24,627 bases of DNA from Hyphomicrobiaceae bacterium (GCA_046295315.1 JBKBNR010000001.1:15094-39720); one strand, 5' to 3'. Counted from the stretch's first letter, positions 9,500 to 19,320 are shown. Program-made: numbers and translations. The notes: generated by a model not told the origin, from the sequence alone.

Positions 9500-9560
9500 T
9501 GCCGGACTGCGCCTTTCCAACTGAGCCTACCGGCACCGCGCCTTCTGAAGCTCTTTGGAA

Positions 9561-9604
9561 TGTCATCTTAGTAAGACATTTTGTCTTGTCAACTTGCTTT
9601 GACG
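9561..9604. promoter_or_regulatory. Tandem PpsR/CrtJ operators over the bchC sigma70-type promoter
   Basis: TGTcatcttagtaagACA (9561-9578, exact) and TGTcaacttgctttgACG (9587-9604), 8 bp apart. Minus strand TTGACA-16nt-TAAGAT. Confidence 0.88.
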
Positions 9605-9612
9605 TTTTCAGG

Positions 9613-10725
9613 TCAGCGGCGCACGAGAATTAGACTGGTTTGAATCGGCATTGCCGTTTTGATGAGCTGGCAATCACGAAAGCCCGCGGCAATTACATGA
9701 CGTGATATTTCTGCGAATGACCGTGGCTTGCCGCTGCCCATCGCCATCAAATAGAAGCCGAAATAGGCGCCACCCATCGGCTCGGCGCCCGACGTATCAG
9801 CCAGCGGCTCGGCGATCAGCAGCACGCCGCCCGGCGCCAGGCAATTGCGCACGCGCGGCAATATCTTCGCAACAGCATCGTCGTCGTGATCGTGGAGCAC
9901 CCTGACCAGCGTCGCGATGTCCGCGCCGCGCGGCAACTCGTCGACGAGAAAGCTGCCGCCATGCGCCTTGGCCCGTTCGGCGAGGCCGGCACTTGCGAAC
10001 CGCTGCCGGGCTCGCTCGGCGACAGGCGGCAGATCGAACAGCATCAACTGAAGATGGGCGGCGCGGCGCGCGGCTGCGCATGAGAATGTTCCATCGCCAC
10101 CTCCGACATCCAGCAGCACCTTGTGCTTCGAGACGTCGTAATGATCCAGAATCTGCCCCGCGATCAGCGTCTGCGAGGCCGACATCAGCGCCGTGTAATC
10201 GCCGACATCGCTATCGGTGAGGTCATCCGGCCCCTTGCCCCGCGCATAGGGCCAAATTCCCGACAACTCGGTCTCGCCGCGTGTCCCGCGCAGCAGCGCC
10301 ACCGGGTCGACCAGATCGCGATAGAGCACCTCATGATGCTCGACGAGTGCGCGAATGCCCGGGTTGGCGATCAACGCCGCACCATGCATGCCGAGACCGA
10401 CGCGACCGCCGCTTCGCCGGTTGAGCAGATCGAGTGATACAGCAGCATCGACCAGACGCTGCGTCGCGTCGGGCTCCAATCCGATCCGCCCACTCAATGT
10501 CGCGATGTCGAGAGGGCACTCCCGCACGGCGTCGATCAGGCCAACGCGCACGCTCGCCAGCAGCACCTGCGAATAGACGAAACCGGCACACATATCGAAC
10601 AGGGATCGGGCCTGACGGCGCGCAATCGGGCGCATGAGTGGCGAGGCGGCGGCGCGCTCGATGAATGCCGGACTGGTCAACAGTTTGTCACGAAAGGTGA
10701 GCCATCGATCGACGAGGCCTGACAT
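9613..10725 (-). CDS. crtF: Hydroxyneurosporene O-methyltransferase
   Basis: RDKLL.SPAF...PIARRQARSLFDMCAGFVYSQVL, SAM motif LLDVGGGDG, RVLHDHDD. Start uncertain (10725, 10749 or 10797). Confidence 0.93.
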   Translation of the reverse strand: MSGLVDRWLTFRDKLLTSPAFIERAAASPLMRPIARRQARSLFDMCAGFVYSQVLLASVRVGLIDAVRECPLDIATLSGRIGLEPDATQRLVDAAVSLDLLNRRSGGRVGLGMHGAALIANPGIRALVEHHEVLYRDLVDPVALLRGTRGETELSGIWPYARGKGPDDLTDSDVGDYTALMSASQTLIAGQILDHYDVSKHKVLLDVGGGDGTFSCAAARRAAHLQLMLFDLPPVAERARQRFASAGLAERAKAHGGSFLVDELPRGADIATLVRVLHDHDDDAVAKILPRVRNCLAPGGVLLIAEPLADTSGAEPMGGAYFGFYLMAMGSGKPRSFAEISRHVIAAGFRDCQLIKTAMPIQTSLILVRR

Positions 10726-10812
10726 GCTGAGGCGATCTCCAGCTTCCATCAATTTCGCGGCGGGCGGAGTGCCAAGTCCAGCTGCGTGTGGAGCCACGCA
10801 TGCGGGGCGCGG

Positions 10813-11682
10813 CTAGGCCGCGGCCGTCGCCAGATCCTTCGGAACAAGCCTCGCGGCTTGCGCCATGATGATGCTCTTGAGTTCCGATTGACCGGCGCAA
10901 CGGGGAATCGATTTCACTGCTTCCGCGAGCAACCCTTCGAGTCGATCCACCGCGCCGCGAACGCCGAATGTGCCGATCGCATTCGGCCTGCGATGCAACG
11001 CGTCCTGCCCGGACGGCTTGCCCATCGTCTCGGCATCGCAGACCATATCCTTGATGTCGTCGGCGACCTGATAGGCCTCACCGATGCATTCGCCGAGCCG
11101 GCGCCACGGCTCGGCCTCGGCGCCTGCCGCCAGCGCACCGCCGAGCGTCGCTGCGACGAACAGCGAGCCGGTTTTCTGCCGGTGATACGACGACAGTGGA
11201 ACCTCCGCTTCGCATTCCCACGCCTGGCCCGCGACGATCCCCGTCGGCATACCGGTCGAACGCGCGAGCACCATCAGCAGCGACGCGAGCCGCGAGGGCT
11301 CTTGCACCAGTCCGCGTGCCAGCACATCGAAGGACAAGACGATGAGGGCATCGCCTGCAAGCACCGCCAGCGGCTCGCCGAACACCTTGTGCACCGCTGC
11401 CTTGCCGCGGCGCATGTCGGCGTTGTCGAAGCAGGGGAGATCGTCGTGGATCAAGGACGCGCAATGCATCAGCTCGATGGCCGTGGCCATCGCGTCCGTT
11501 GCCCCCGGATCGCTGTCTCCGTTGGCCTGAGCCACGGCAAGACAGAGGCGCGGGCGAACGCGCGCGCCACCGGGGAATACGGCGTAGCGCATCGCCGCTG
11601 CCAGTTGCGGCGGTGCCCCGCGCCCCCCCGCCATGTCCAAGGCTGTTTCGATTGCCCGTTCGACCCGAGACGTGCCGTCCAT
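10813..11682 (-). CDS. crtE: Geranylgeranyl diphosphate synthase
   Basis: [44 protein letters not shown]. Confidence 0.96.
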   Translation of the reverse strand: MDGTSRVERAIETALDMAGGRGAPPQLAAAMRYAVFPGGARVRPRLCLAVAQANGDSDPGATDAMATAIELMHCASLIHDDLPCFDNADMRRGKAAVHKVFGEPLAVLAGDALIVLSFDVLARGLVQEPSRLASLLMVLARSTGMPTGIVAGQAWECEAEVPLSSYHRQKTGSLFVAATLGGALAAGAEAEPWRRLGECIGEAYQVADDIKDMVCDAETMGKPSGQDALHRRPNAIGTFGVRGAVDRLEGLLAEAVKSIPRCAGQSELKSIIMAQAARLVPKDLATAAA

Positions 11683-11701
11683 ACCAGCCTCGCTACCATT
11701 G

Positions 11702-11745
11702 TGTACATTTTAGTAGTCAATTTTATCTGTAACCTAGTATAGTCG
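11702..11745. promoter_or_regulatory. Degenerate tandem PpsR/CrtJ sites in the divergent crtE/crtD promoter region
   Basis: TGTacattttagtagTCA (11702-11719) and TGTaacctagtatagTCG (11728-11745), 8 bp apart, in an AT-rich island. TATAGT (-10-like) at 11738 toward crtD; TTGACT on the minus strand toward crtE. Confidence 0.6.
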
Positions 11746-11788
11746 CCATGCGTCGCCTGTTCAATGCAATTCACCCGAGAGGTGCGTC

Positions 11789-13291
11789 GTGCGGGAAAAG
11801 CCCGTTGCCGTCATCGGGGCAGGGATCGGGGGCCTCGCCGCCGCACTCGACCTCGCCGCGCAGGGCGTCGACGTCGTGGTGATCGAGCGCGCGGCATCCG
11901 CGGGTGGCAAGCTGCGCCCCCTCGAAATCGCCGCGCATCGCCTCGATGCGGGCCCGACCGTCTTCACCATGAAGTGGGTTTTCGAGTCGCTGTTTGCCGA
12001 TGCCGGCACCGCGTTCGAGCGCGAAGTCGGGGTATCACCGCTCGACCTCCTGGCGCGCCACGCGTGGCCCGATGGCTCGCGTCTCGATCTCTTTGCCGAC
12101 ATCGAAAGATCCACCGACGCGATCGCCCATTTCGCCGGCCCCGGCGAAGCACGCGGCTTTCGCGAGTTCTCGTCGCGCGCCGCGGCCATCTATCGAACGC
12201 TCGAAGGCCCCTTCATCCGCTCCGAACAGCCGACGCCGATATCGCTCGCCCGCGGTGCTGGCATCTCCGGCCTGGGCGACCTCTGGCGCATCTCACCGTT
12301 CTCGACCATGTGGCAAGCGCTCGGTCAACATTTCCGCGATCCCCGGCTTCGCCAGTTGTTCGGCCGCTATGCCACCTACAACGGCTCATCGCCTTTCCTT
12401 GCGCCCGCGACGCTTATGCTGATCGCGTATGTCGAGCAGGCCGGAGTGTGGAGTATCGATGGCGGCATGCATGTTCTGGCCAGCAGCATCGAGCGCCTGG
12501 CCACGGCGCGCGGCGCTCGCTTCCGGTATGGCGAAGGTGTCGCGCGGATCGTGGTGCGCGCTGGCCAGGCATCCGCCGTCGTGCTCGACGGCGGTGAAAC
12601 GCTCGATGTCTCCGCGGCGATCTTCAACGGCGACGCCGCTGCCATCGGTGCCGGGATGCTCGGCGACGATGTTCGCCGCTCGGTGCCGTCGATATCGCCA
12701 TCCACCCGCTCGCTGTCGGCCATGACGTGGTCGATTGTCGCTCGCACCAACGGCTTCCCGCTGTCGCGCCACAACGTCTTTTTCTCCCCCGACTACGCTC
12801 GCGAGTTCGACGACATCTTCAAGCACCGCCGGATGCCCTCCGCACCGACGGTCTACGTTTGCGCTCAGGACAGAGACACCTCGTCACCGCTGGCAGAAGG
12901 GGCTGACGAGCGGCTGCTCTGCCTCGTCAACGCACCCGCCTATGGCGACCGTCCGGCCAAAGACACCAAGGAATTCGAGCTATGCGAGACGCGCACATTC
13001 GAACTGATGAAGCAGGCCGGCCTGTCGATCGATCGGATAACAGCGGCGACGGTGACGCTGACGCCGCACGAATTCAACAGCGCCTATCCGGCGACGGGCG
13101 GGGCATTGTACGGGCAGGCGGCGCACGGGTGGCAGGCCTCGTTCAGCCGTCCTTCGGCGGTGACGCGCACCAAGGGCCTCTATCTGGCGGGGGGCAGCGT
13201 GCATCCCGGCGCGGGAGTACCGATGGCGGCGCTCTCGGGGCGCATCGCAGCGCGGCGGCTGATGGCGGACCGGACTTCTCGACGCCGGTAG
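11789..13291 (+). CDS. crtD: 1-hydroxycarotenoid 3,4-desaturase
   Basis: VIGAGIGGLAAA FAD motif, DAGPTVFTM, LRQLFGRYATYNGSSP, YLAGGSVHPGAGVPMAALSG. GTG start with GAGAGG RBS, divergent from crtE. Confidence 0.95.
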   Translation: MREKPVAVIGAGIGGLAAALDLAAQGVDVVVIERAASAGGKLRPLEIAAHRLDAGPTVFTMKWVFESLFADAGTAFEREVGVSPLDLLARHAWPDGSRLDLFADIERSTDAIAHFAGPGEARGFREFSSRAAAIYRTLEGPFIRSEQPTPISLARGAGISGLGDLWRISPFSTMWQALGQHFRDPRLRQLFGRYATYNGSSPFLAPATLMLIAYVEQAGVWSIDGGMHVLASSIERLATARGARFRYGEGVARIVVRAGQASAVVLDGGETLDVSAAIFNGDAAAIGAGMLGDDVRRSVPSISPSTRSLSAMTWSIVARTNGFPLSRHNVFFSPDYAREFDDIFKHRRMPSAPTVYVCAQDRDTSSPLAEGADERLLCLVNAPAYGDRPAKDTKEFELCETRTFELMKQAGLSIDRITAATVTLTPHEFNSAYPATGGALYGQAAHGWQASFSRPSAVTRTKGLYLAGGSVHPGAGVPMAALSGRIAARRLMADRTSRRR

Positions 13292-14205
13292 CGCGCAACG
13301 GATATGCATGGTGGTATGTCGATGCGATGAGCGACGACGGCGCTCACTCATTCGTCGTTATTGCCTTCGTCGGCAGCGTCTTCTCTCCGTACTACGCGTT
13401 CGCGCGGCGCAACGCTTCGGTCGAACCCGATAACCACGTCGCGATCAACGTTGCGCTCTATGGGCGCGGTGGCAACCGCTGGTGTATGACAGAGCGCGGC
13501 CGCAGCGCTCTGCAGCGCACACGCACGAACTTTGTCGTTGGTCCGAGCAGTCTGACCTGGGATGGCGAAGGACTGACCATCGACCTCTGCGAGATCACCG
13601 TCCCGCTGCCCTCGCGCGTCACCGGTCGCATCCGCTTGTTTCCTGAGACACTGGTGCGCGAGCCCTTCGCGCTCGACAGCAACGCCCGGCATCACTGGCG
13701 GCCGATCGCGCCCAGCAGTCGCGTCGAAGTCGAGTTGCAGAGCCCGGCCTTGCGCTGGTCCGGAGACGCCTACTTCGATCACAATATCGGCGTCGAGCCG
13801 ATCGAAAGTGCATTCCGCAGATGGGACTGGTCGCGGGCCGCGACGGGGAGCGGCAGTAGCGTCATTCTCTACGATCCGACGGAACGCCGCGATGGCCCGG
13901 GTGTGGCGCCGCTTGGCCTCGCCATCGACAAGACGGGCGCCATCGAACGCTTCGCGCCGCCGCCGGTCGCGCCGCTGCCGAACACACTATGGCGGGTTCC
14001 GCGTTCGACCGCATGCGACCCAGGCTCCGCGCCGCGCGTCCGCGCAACGCTGGAGGACACACCCTTCTACAACCGCTCGCTGGTCGAGACGACCATCGGC
14101 GGGCGACGCCTGATGTCGTTCCACGAAAGCCTCGATCTCGACCGGTTCAGATGGCCCGTCGTGCAGGCCATGTTGCCGTTCCGTATGCCCCGGCGGGCGC
14201 GGTGA
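12982..14205 (+). CDS. crtC: Carotenoid 1,2-hydratase (hydroxyneurosporene synthase); start uncertain
   Basis: GYAWWYVDAMSDDG, IAFVGSVFSPYY, WCMTERGR, HHWRPIAP, AYFDHN.G.EPIE, EDTPFYNRS, HESLDLDRF. The conserved part begins inside the crtD 3' end. Confidence 0.9.
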   Translation: MRDAHIRTDEAGRPVDRSDNSGDGDADAARIQQRLSGDGRGIVRAGGARVAGLVQPSFGGDAHQGPLSGGGQRASRRGSTDGGALGAHRSAAADGGPDFSTPVARNGYAWWYVDAMSDDGAHSFVVIAFVGSVFSPYYAFARRNASVEPDNHVAINVALYGRGGNRWCMTERGRSALQRTRTNFVVGPSSLTWDGEGLTIDLCEITVPLPSRVTGRIRLFPETLVREPFALDSNARHHWRPIAPSSRVEVELQSPALRWSGDAYFDHNIGVEPIESAFRRWDWSRAATGSGSSVILYDPTERRDGPGVAPLGLAIDKTGAIERFAPPPVAPLPNTLWRVPRSTACDPGSAPRVRATLEDTPFYNRSLVETTIGGRRLMSFHESLDLDRFRWPVVQAMLPFRMPRRAR

Positions 14206-14244
14206 TTGAGCGCCAACAGACGCAGCGTCAGCGGCCGCGCCCGC

Positions 14245-14412
14245 TCATGGCTCGTCGCCGGCAGTCTCCCGAGCGGACTTTTCCTCGAGCGCCTTCTTCT
14301 CCGCCTTGAACTTGGCGTCGAGATATCGGGCATAGCGCTCGAGGATGATCCAGCCGATCACGAATGCGGCGACGATGCCGAGTTCGAAGAAAGCCCCCGC
14401 ACCTAGATCCAT
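14245..14412 (-). CDS. Small single-TM protein, 55 aa (absent from the supplied ORF track)
   Basis: MDLGAGAFFELGIVAAFVIGWIILERYARYLDAKFKAEKKALEEKSARETAGDEP; GGGAG 7 nt upstream of ATG; GC3-rich codons; hydrophobic stretch followed by a charged tail. Confidence 0.75.
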   Translation of the reverse strand: MDLGAGAFFELGIVAAFVIGWIILERYARYLDAKFKAEKKALEEKSARETAGDEP

Positions 14413-14445
14413 GTTGTCGCTCCCGATCGCGTTCGGCAGGTCTCG

Positions 14446-14625
14446 TCATGGCGAAGGCTTCGGTGGTTCGCCATCGCGCGAGCGCTCGTCTCGTTGGCGC
14501 GCTTTGTCGGCCTTCATCGACCGGCGCACCGACACGAGCTCCCAGACCGCGAAGGCGAGCACGACACCGAAAACCAGCAGCATCTCGATGAGGCCGTACG
14601 ACAACGTGGCGTCGGCATAGCGCAT
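14446..14625 (-). CDS. Small single-TM protein, ~59 aa
   Basis: MRYADATLSYGLIEMLLVFGVVLAFAVWELVSVRRSMKADKARQRDERSRDGEPPKPSP. Starts 16 nt after the dxs stop; alternative GTG at 14631 has GAGG 8 nt upstream. Confidence 0.72.
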   Translation of the reverse strand: MRYADATLSYGLIEMLLVFGVVLAFAVWELVSVRRSMKADKARQRDERSRDGEPPKPSP

Positions 14626-14641
14626 CGTCACAGTCGGTGCC

Positions 14642-16585
14642 TCAAGCGCGCAGGCTCGCCAGTGCCCTGCCTTCGTCGAGCGCCAGCGCACCCAAGGCCG
14701 CGCGCACGATGCCGCTGCTGTTCAATCCCGCGGCTTCGTACATGCGCTGCGGCTTGTCATGATCGATGAACGTGTCGGGCAGCACCAGGGAGCGCACTTT
14801 GAGCCCGCGGTCTAGCCCCCCCGTCGCTGCCAGGTGTTGCAGCACATGACTGCCGAAGCCGCCGATCGAGCCCTCCTCGATGGTGATGAAGACCTCGTGC
14901 TCCTTGGCGAGACGGTCGATCAGATCGGCATCGAGCGGCTTCATGAAGCGAGCGTCCGCGACCGTCGTCGAGAGGCCGAGCTTGGCAAGCGCGTCGGCCG
15001 CCGCCAGCGCCTCGGCAAGACGGGTGCCGAGCGACAGCAGCGCTATCCTGGTGCCTTCCCGCAGTACGCGGCCTTTGCCGATTTCGAGCACTTGCCCGCG
15101 CTCCGGCAGTGCGACGCCGGTGCCATCGCCGCGCGGATAGCGGAACGCGCTAGGACGATCGTCGATCGCCGCCGCCGTCGCCACCATGTGCACGAGTTCC
15201 GCCTCGTCCGCCGCCGCCATGATGACGAACCCCGGCAGGCAGCCGAGATACGCCAGATCGAAACTGCCGGCGTGCGTTGGCCCATCGGCGCCGACGAGGC
15301 CGGCCCGGTCGATGGCGAAACGCACCGGCAGGCGCTGTATCGCGACGTCGTGGACGACCTGGTCGTAACCGCGTTGCAGGAATGTAGAATAGATGGCAGC
15401 AAACGGCTTCATGCCTTCCGTTGCGAGCCCCGCTGCGAAGGTGACGGCATGCTGCTCGGCGATGCCGACGTCGAACATCCGATCGGGGAAGTGGCGCGCA
15501 AAGATATCGAGCCCCGTGCCTTCGGGCATCGCGGCGGTTATCGCGACGACGCGGTCGTCGCTTTGCGCTTCGGCGACGAGACTGTCGGCGAACACGCGCG
15601 TGTAGCTCGGCGCCGAGGCCTTCGGCTTCGACTGCGCGCCGGTTACGACGTCGAACGGTGCGACGCCATGATACTTGTCCTTGGCGGCCTCGGCGGGCGC
15701 GTACCCCTTGCCCTTCTTGGTGATGACGTGCAGGAGAATCGGCGCCTGGTCGGCGTCACGCGCGTTCTCCAGAACGGGAACCAACTGCTCGAGGTCGTGC
15801 CCGTCGATGGGTCCGATATAGTAGAAGCCGAGTTCCTCGAACCAGAACCCGCCCGACCAATACGTCCGCGACATCTCCTCGATCCGCGCGGCCCGGCGCT
15901 CCCAGCGCTTCGGCAGATGGCGAACGAGCTTCTTCGCGCGGTCGCGCAGATTGAGATATGTCGAACCGGAAGCGATACGCGTCAGATATTTCGACAGCGC
16001 GCCGGTCGGCGGCGCGATCGACATGTCGTTGTCGTTGAGCACGACGATGAGGCGGGCATCGCGCGCGCCGGCGTTGTTCATGGCCTCGTAGGCCATGCCC
16101 GCCGACATCGAACCGTCGCCGATCACCGCCACGACATTGCGTGTGTCGCCCTTGAGATCGCGGGCGACGGCCATGCCGAGGCCAGCGGAAATCGACGTCG
16201 ACGAGTGCGCCGCGCCGAACGGATCGTACTCGCTCTCGGCGCGCTTGGTGAAGCCCGACAGTCCGCCCCCCTGACGCAAGGTCCTGATACGATCGCGGCG
16301 TCCGGTAAGTATCTTGTGCGGATACGCTTGATGCCCTACGTCCCAGATCAGCCGGTCCTTCGGCGTATCGAAGACGTAGTGCAAAGCCACCGTCAATTCG
16401 ACGACACCGAGCCCGGCACCCAAGTGTCCGCCGGTCACCGACACCGCATCGATCGTTTCGGCGCGCAGTTCATCGGCCAGCTGCGGCAGGTCGCGGCGAT
16501 CGAGTTTGCGCAGGGCATCTGGCGTCGCCGCTTTGTCGAGCAACGCGCGCAACGGCAGGCGGGGCGGGTCGGATTCAATGTACAT
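14642..16585 (-). CDS. dxs: 1-deoxy-D-xylulose-5-phosphate synthase
   Basis: [67 protein letters not shown] at 16585 with GGAGG 8 nt upstream. Confidence 0.98.
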   Translation of the reverse strand: MYIESDPPRLPLRALLDKAATPDALRKLDRRDLPQLADELRAETIDAVSVTGGHLGAGLGVVELTVALHYVFDTPKDRLIWDVGHQAYPHKILTGRRDRIRTLRQGGGLSGFTKRAESEYDPFGAAHSSTSISAGLGMAVARDLKGDTRNVVAVIGDGSMSAGMAYEAMNNAGARDARLIVVLNDNDMSIAPPTGALSKYLTRIASGSTYLNLRDRAKKLVRHLPKRWERRAARIEEMSRTYWSGGFWFEELGFYYIGPIDGHDLEQLVPVLENARDADQAPILLHVITKKGKGYAPAEAAKDKYHGVAPFDVVTGAQSKPKASAPSYTRVFADSLVAEAQSDDRVVAITAAMPEGTGLDIFARHFPDRMFDVGIAEQHAVTFAAGLATEGMKPFAAIYSTFLQRGYDQVVHDVAIQRLPVRFAIDRAGLVGADGPTHAGSFDLAYLGCLPGFVIMAAADEAELVHMVATAAAIDDRPSAFRYPRGDGTGVALPERGQVLEIGKGRVLREGTRIALLSLGTRLAEALAAADALAKLGLSTTVADARFMKPLDADLIDRLAKEHEVFITIEEGSIGGFGSHVLQHLAATGGLDRGLKVRSLVLPDTFIDHDKPQRMYEAAGLNSSGIVRAALGALALDEGRALASLRA

Positions 16586-16634
16586 CGCAAGTACCTCCGT
16601 CATCCCATTATGGCCGCACATCGGCCCATTCGGT

Positions 16635-17762
16635 TCAGGCCCGGGCGCCGCCACCAGCGCTCAGAGCCGCATAGTCCCCGTCGTCCGAAGTCCTCAGCGG
16701 CCCTTGGCTTGCAAGCATGCGCTCGTGCCGTTCGAGCCGTTCGAAGATCTCGATCACGCGCACCCATCGCGCATGAAGGTTCCACCAGGGCACATCGCTG
16801 AACCCGACGTGACCCGGCACATGTGTGCCGGCGGCCGGCTCGATGAGAAAGCGCGCGGCCTCGATGGCGCTCCATTCCGATGAACTGTCGGCGCGTGTCG
16901 GGGTCGCATAGGCACGCGCCAGAAGCACGAGCTTGCGCGGCGTTGCCACGACAGCGCGGCGCGACACGGAATCGTAATTCGCCTTGCGGACCTCACGGCC
17001 GATATCGGAATAGAGCAACCCGGCAGCGCGAATCCCTGCGCGGCAGTCGCCCGGCAACATCGCGATGCCATGTTGGGAACGGGTGTACAGCCGATCCGCT
17101 TGATCGAGCAGCCGCTCGACCACCAGCGCCAGACGCTCATCGAAGCGTGGCGCGGCGAGCCAGGCATCGGGGTCCAATCCCGCCTCGCGCATCCACGAGC
17201 GCGGCAGATAGAGACGGCCCGACCGCGCGTCCTCACCGACATCGCGTGCGATATTGGTCAGCTGCATCGCGATACCGAGATCGCAGGCCCGCGCCAAAGC
17301 GGCTGCGCTGCGCACGCCCATCACGATCGCCATCATCGTGCCGACCGTGCCGGCGACACGCGCCGCATACGCTTCGAGCTCGCTCAGTGTTTCATACCGG
17401 CGACTCTCGAAATCCCACTCGAAGCCTTCGATCAGCGCTTCGGGGATCTGGCGCGGCACGCCGTACTTGTAAACCGTCGCGGCGAATGCGCGATCAGCGG
17501 GGCATGCCGCCGGTCGGCCGGTATATGCCAGATCGAGCCGGCGGCGCAGATCCGCGATGACGATGACCGGATCGCCGCCGAGATCGACCGCGTCGTCGGC
17601 GAGACGGCAGAAGGCGTAGAGAGCGGACGCCGGCTCGCGCACACGCTTGGGCAACAGATAGGAGGCGGCGAAGAAGGTTTTGGAGCCGTGGCGCAGCAAC
17701 GCGCGGCATGCCGCCATGTCGGAGATGGTTGTCGGCTCGGCTTCAGACCAGAGCTGCGGCAT
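16635..17762 (-). CDS. crtB: Phytoene synthase
   Basis: [52 protein letters not shown]. Confidence 0.97.
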   Translation of the reverse strand: MPQLWSEAEPTTISDMAACRALLRHGSKTFFAASYLLPKRVREPASALYAFCRLADDAVDLGGDPVIVIADLRRRLDLAYTGRPAACPADRAFAATVYKYGVPRQIPEALIEGFEWDFESRRYETLSELEAYAARVAGTVGTMMAIVMGVRSAAALARACDLGIAMQLTNIARDVGEDARSGRLYLPRSWMREAGLDPDAWLAAPRFDERLALVVERLLDQADRLYTRSQHGIAMLPGDCRAGIRAAGLLYSDIGREVRKANYDSVSRRAVVATPRKLVLLARAYATPTRADSSSEWSAIEAARFLIEPAAGTHVPGHVGFSDVPWWNLHARWVRVIEIFERLERHERMLASQGPLRTSDDGDYAALSAGGGARA

Positions 17763-19275
17763 CGGGCACCACCTTGTCGAGTATGCGAGCGGACGACAGC
17801 ACGCCCGGAACGCCAGCGCCCGGATGCGTACCCGCGCCGACGAGATAAAGCCGCGCGATGTCCTCGCTCCTGTTGTGCGGGCGGAACCACGCGCTCTGCG
17901 TGAGCAGCGGCTCCATGCCGAACGCCGCGCCCTTGTAGGACAGCAGTTCGTCGCGGAAATACTCGGGCGTCACGACGCGCGACGAAACGATCGCTTCGCT
18001 GAGCCCCGGCAGCATCGTCGCCTGGAGATGATCAGAAATGCGCTGACGGTACGTCTCCGACATCGCCGGCCAATCGACGTCGCCATCGAGATGGGGAACC
18101 GGCGACAGCACATAGAACGTGTCGCATCCCTGCGGCGCGAGACTGGTATCGGTGGCGGTTGGGCGGTGCAGATAGAGGCTGAAATCGTCGGCGAGGATTT
18201 TGCGGCCGAAGATGTCGGACAGCAGTCCCTTGTAGCGCGGTCCAAGAAGGATGGTGTGGTGCGGTACGTCCTCGTAACGACGGTTGGTGCCGAAGTACCA
18301 GACGAACAGGCTCATCGAATAGCGCGACGCGTCGACCCGTCGGTCGCTCCACCAGCGCCGCCGCGTGTTGCGCAGCAGGTGCTTGTAGGTCCAGGCGGCA
18401 TCGGCGTTCGAAACAACGACACCAGCCGCGATCAGTTCGCCGCTGGCGAGGCGCACACCCTTGGCGACGCGGTTCTCTGTCATGATCTCCGACACCTCGG
18501 CGCCGTAACGGATCACATTGCCCTGATCCTCGATGAGATCGCACAATCCGTCGACGAGGCGGCCAGTGCCGCCCATCACGAAATGCACGCCCCACTTGCG
18601 CTCGAGGTGCGAGATGAGCCCGTAGATCGACGTGACGCTGAAGGGATTGCCGCCGACGAACAGCGGATGAAAGCTCAGCACCACGCGCAGCCGCTCGTCG
18701 CGCACATGCTTGGCGGCGAGGCCATAGATCGTGCGGTAGCTCTCAAGCCTGATGAGTTGCGGCAGCAGCTTGGCCATCTCGAACAGATTGTCGAACGGTA
18801 CTGCGCCGAGCTGCTCGAAGCCGATTCTGTAGATGTCCTCGGAGGCGCGCATGAAGCGCTCGTAGCCGTCGACATCCGAGGGCGAGAGCCGCGCTACTTC
18901 GCGCCGCATCGCTTCCGCGTCGCCGGAGCACTCGAAGATCTCGCCATCGTCGAAGCGGATGCGATAGAAGGGCGACAGCGGCACCAACGTCACGTCGTCG
19001 GACATGCGGCGACCAGCGAGTGTCCATAGTTCTTCGAGCAAGAACGGCGCCGTGATGATCGTCGGGCCGGCGTCGAACGTGAAACCGTCCTGGCGGAATA
19101 CCGCAGCGCGCCCACCCGGCTGATCGCGACGCTCCACAACCGTAACCCTGTAGCCTTTCGCACCGAGCCGAACAGCGGCGGCAAGACCACCGAAACCGCT
19201 GCCGATGACGACGGCGTGCGGCCGCGGCCCCGATGGAGACGTCTCGAACCGCGTGTCTGGATTGCGTGTCAACAT
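17743..19275 (-). CDS. crtI: Phytoene desaturase
   Basis: AVVIGSGFGGLAAA, FDAGPTIITAP, FHPLFVGGNPF, QSAWFRPHN, YLVGAGTHPGAGVPGV. Overlaps the crtB start. Confidence 0.97.
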   Translation of the reverse strand: MLTRNPDTRFETSPSGPRPHAVVIGSGFGGLAAAVRLGAKGYRVTVVERRDQPGGRAAVFRQDGFTFDAGPTIITAPFLLEELWTLAGRRMSDDVTLVPLSPFYRIRFDDGEIFECSGDAEAMRREVARLSPSDVDGYERFMRASEDIYRIGFEQLGAVPFDNLFEMAKLLPQLIRLESYRTIYGLAAKHVRDERLRVVLSFHPLFVGGNPFSVTSIYGLISHLERKWGVHFVMGGTGRLVDGLCDLIEDQGNVIRYGAEVSEIMTENRVAKGVRLASGELIAAGVVVSNADAAWTYKHLLRNTRRRWWSDRRVDASRYSMSLFVWYFGTNRRYEDVPHHTILLGPRYKGLLSDIFGRKILADDFSLYLHRPTATDTSLAPQGCDTFYVLSPVPHLDGDVDWPAMSETYRQRISDHLQATMLPGLSEAIVSSRVVTPEYFRDELLSYKGAAFGMEPLLTQSAWFRPHNRSEDIARLYLVGAGTHPGAGVPGVLSSARILDKVVPDAAALV

Positions 19276-19310
19276 GAGATGACAGTAAATACTGTCAATC
19301 TCAAACAGGC
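19267..19310. promoter_or_regulatory. PpsR/CrtJ site over the crtI start codon plus a second half-site
   Basis: TGTcaacatgagatgACA (19267-19284, exact); TGTCAA half-site at 19293, 8 bp further; overlapping inverted repeat TGACAGTA-AA-TACTGTCA (19280-19297). Confidence 0.75.
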
Positions 19311-19320
19311 AAGCGCTGAA

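Noticed and set aside
9613-10797. bchU or bchM as the identity of the methyltransferase
   Set aside because: The N-terminal ARRQARSLFDMCAGFVYSQ motif and the crtE-X-bchC position indicate CrtF.
14228-14449. 73-aa ORF MTRPAERD... in the track
   Set aside because: Wrong frame; the overlapping 55-aa frame has the RBS, codon bias and TM helix.
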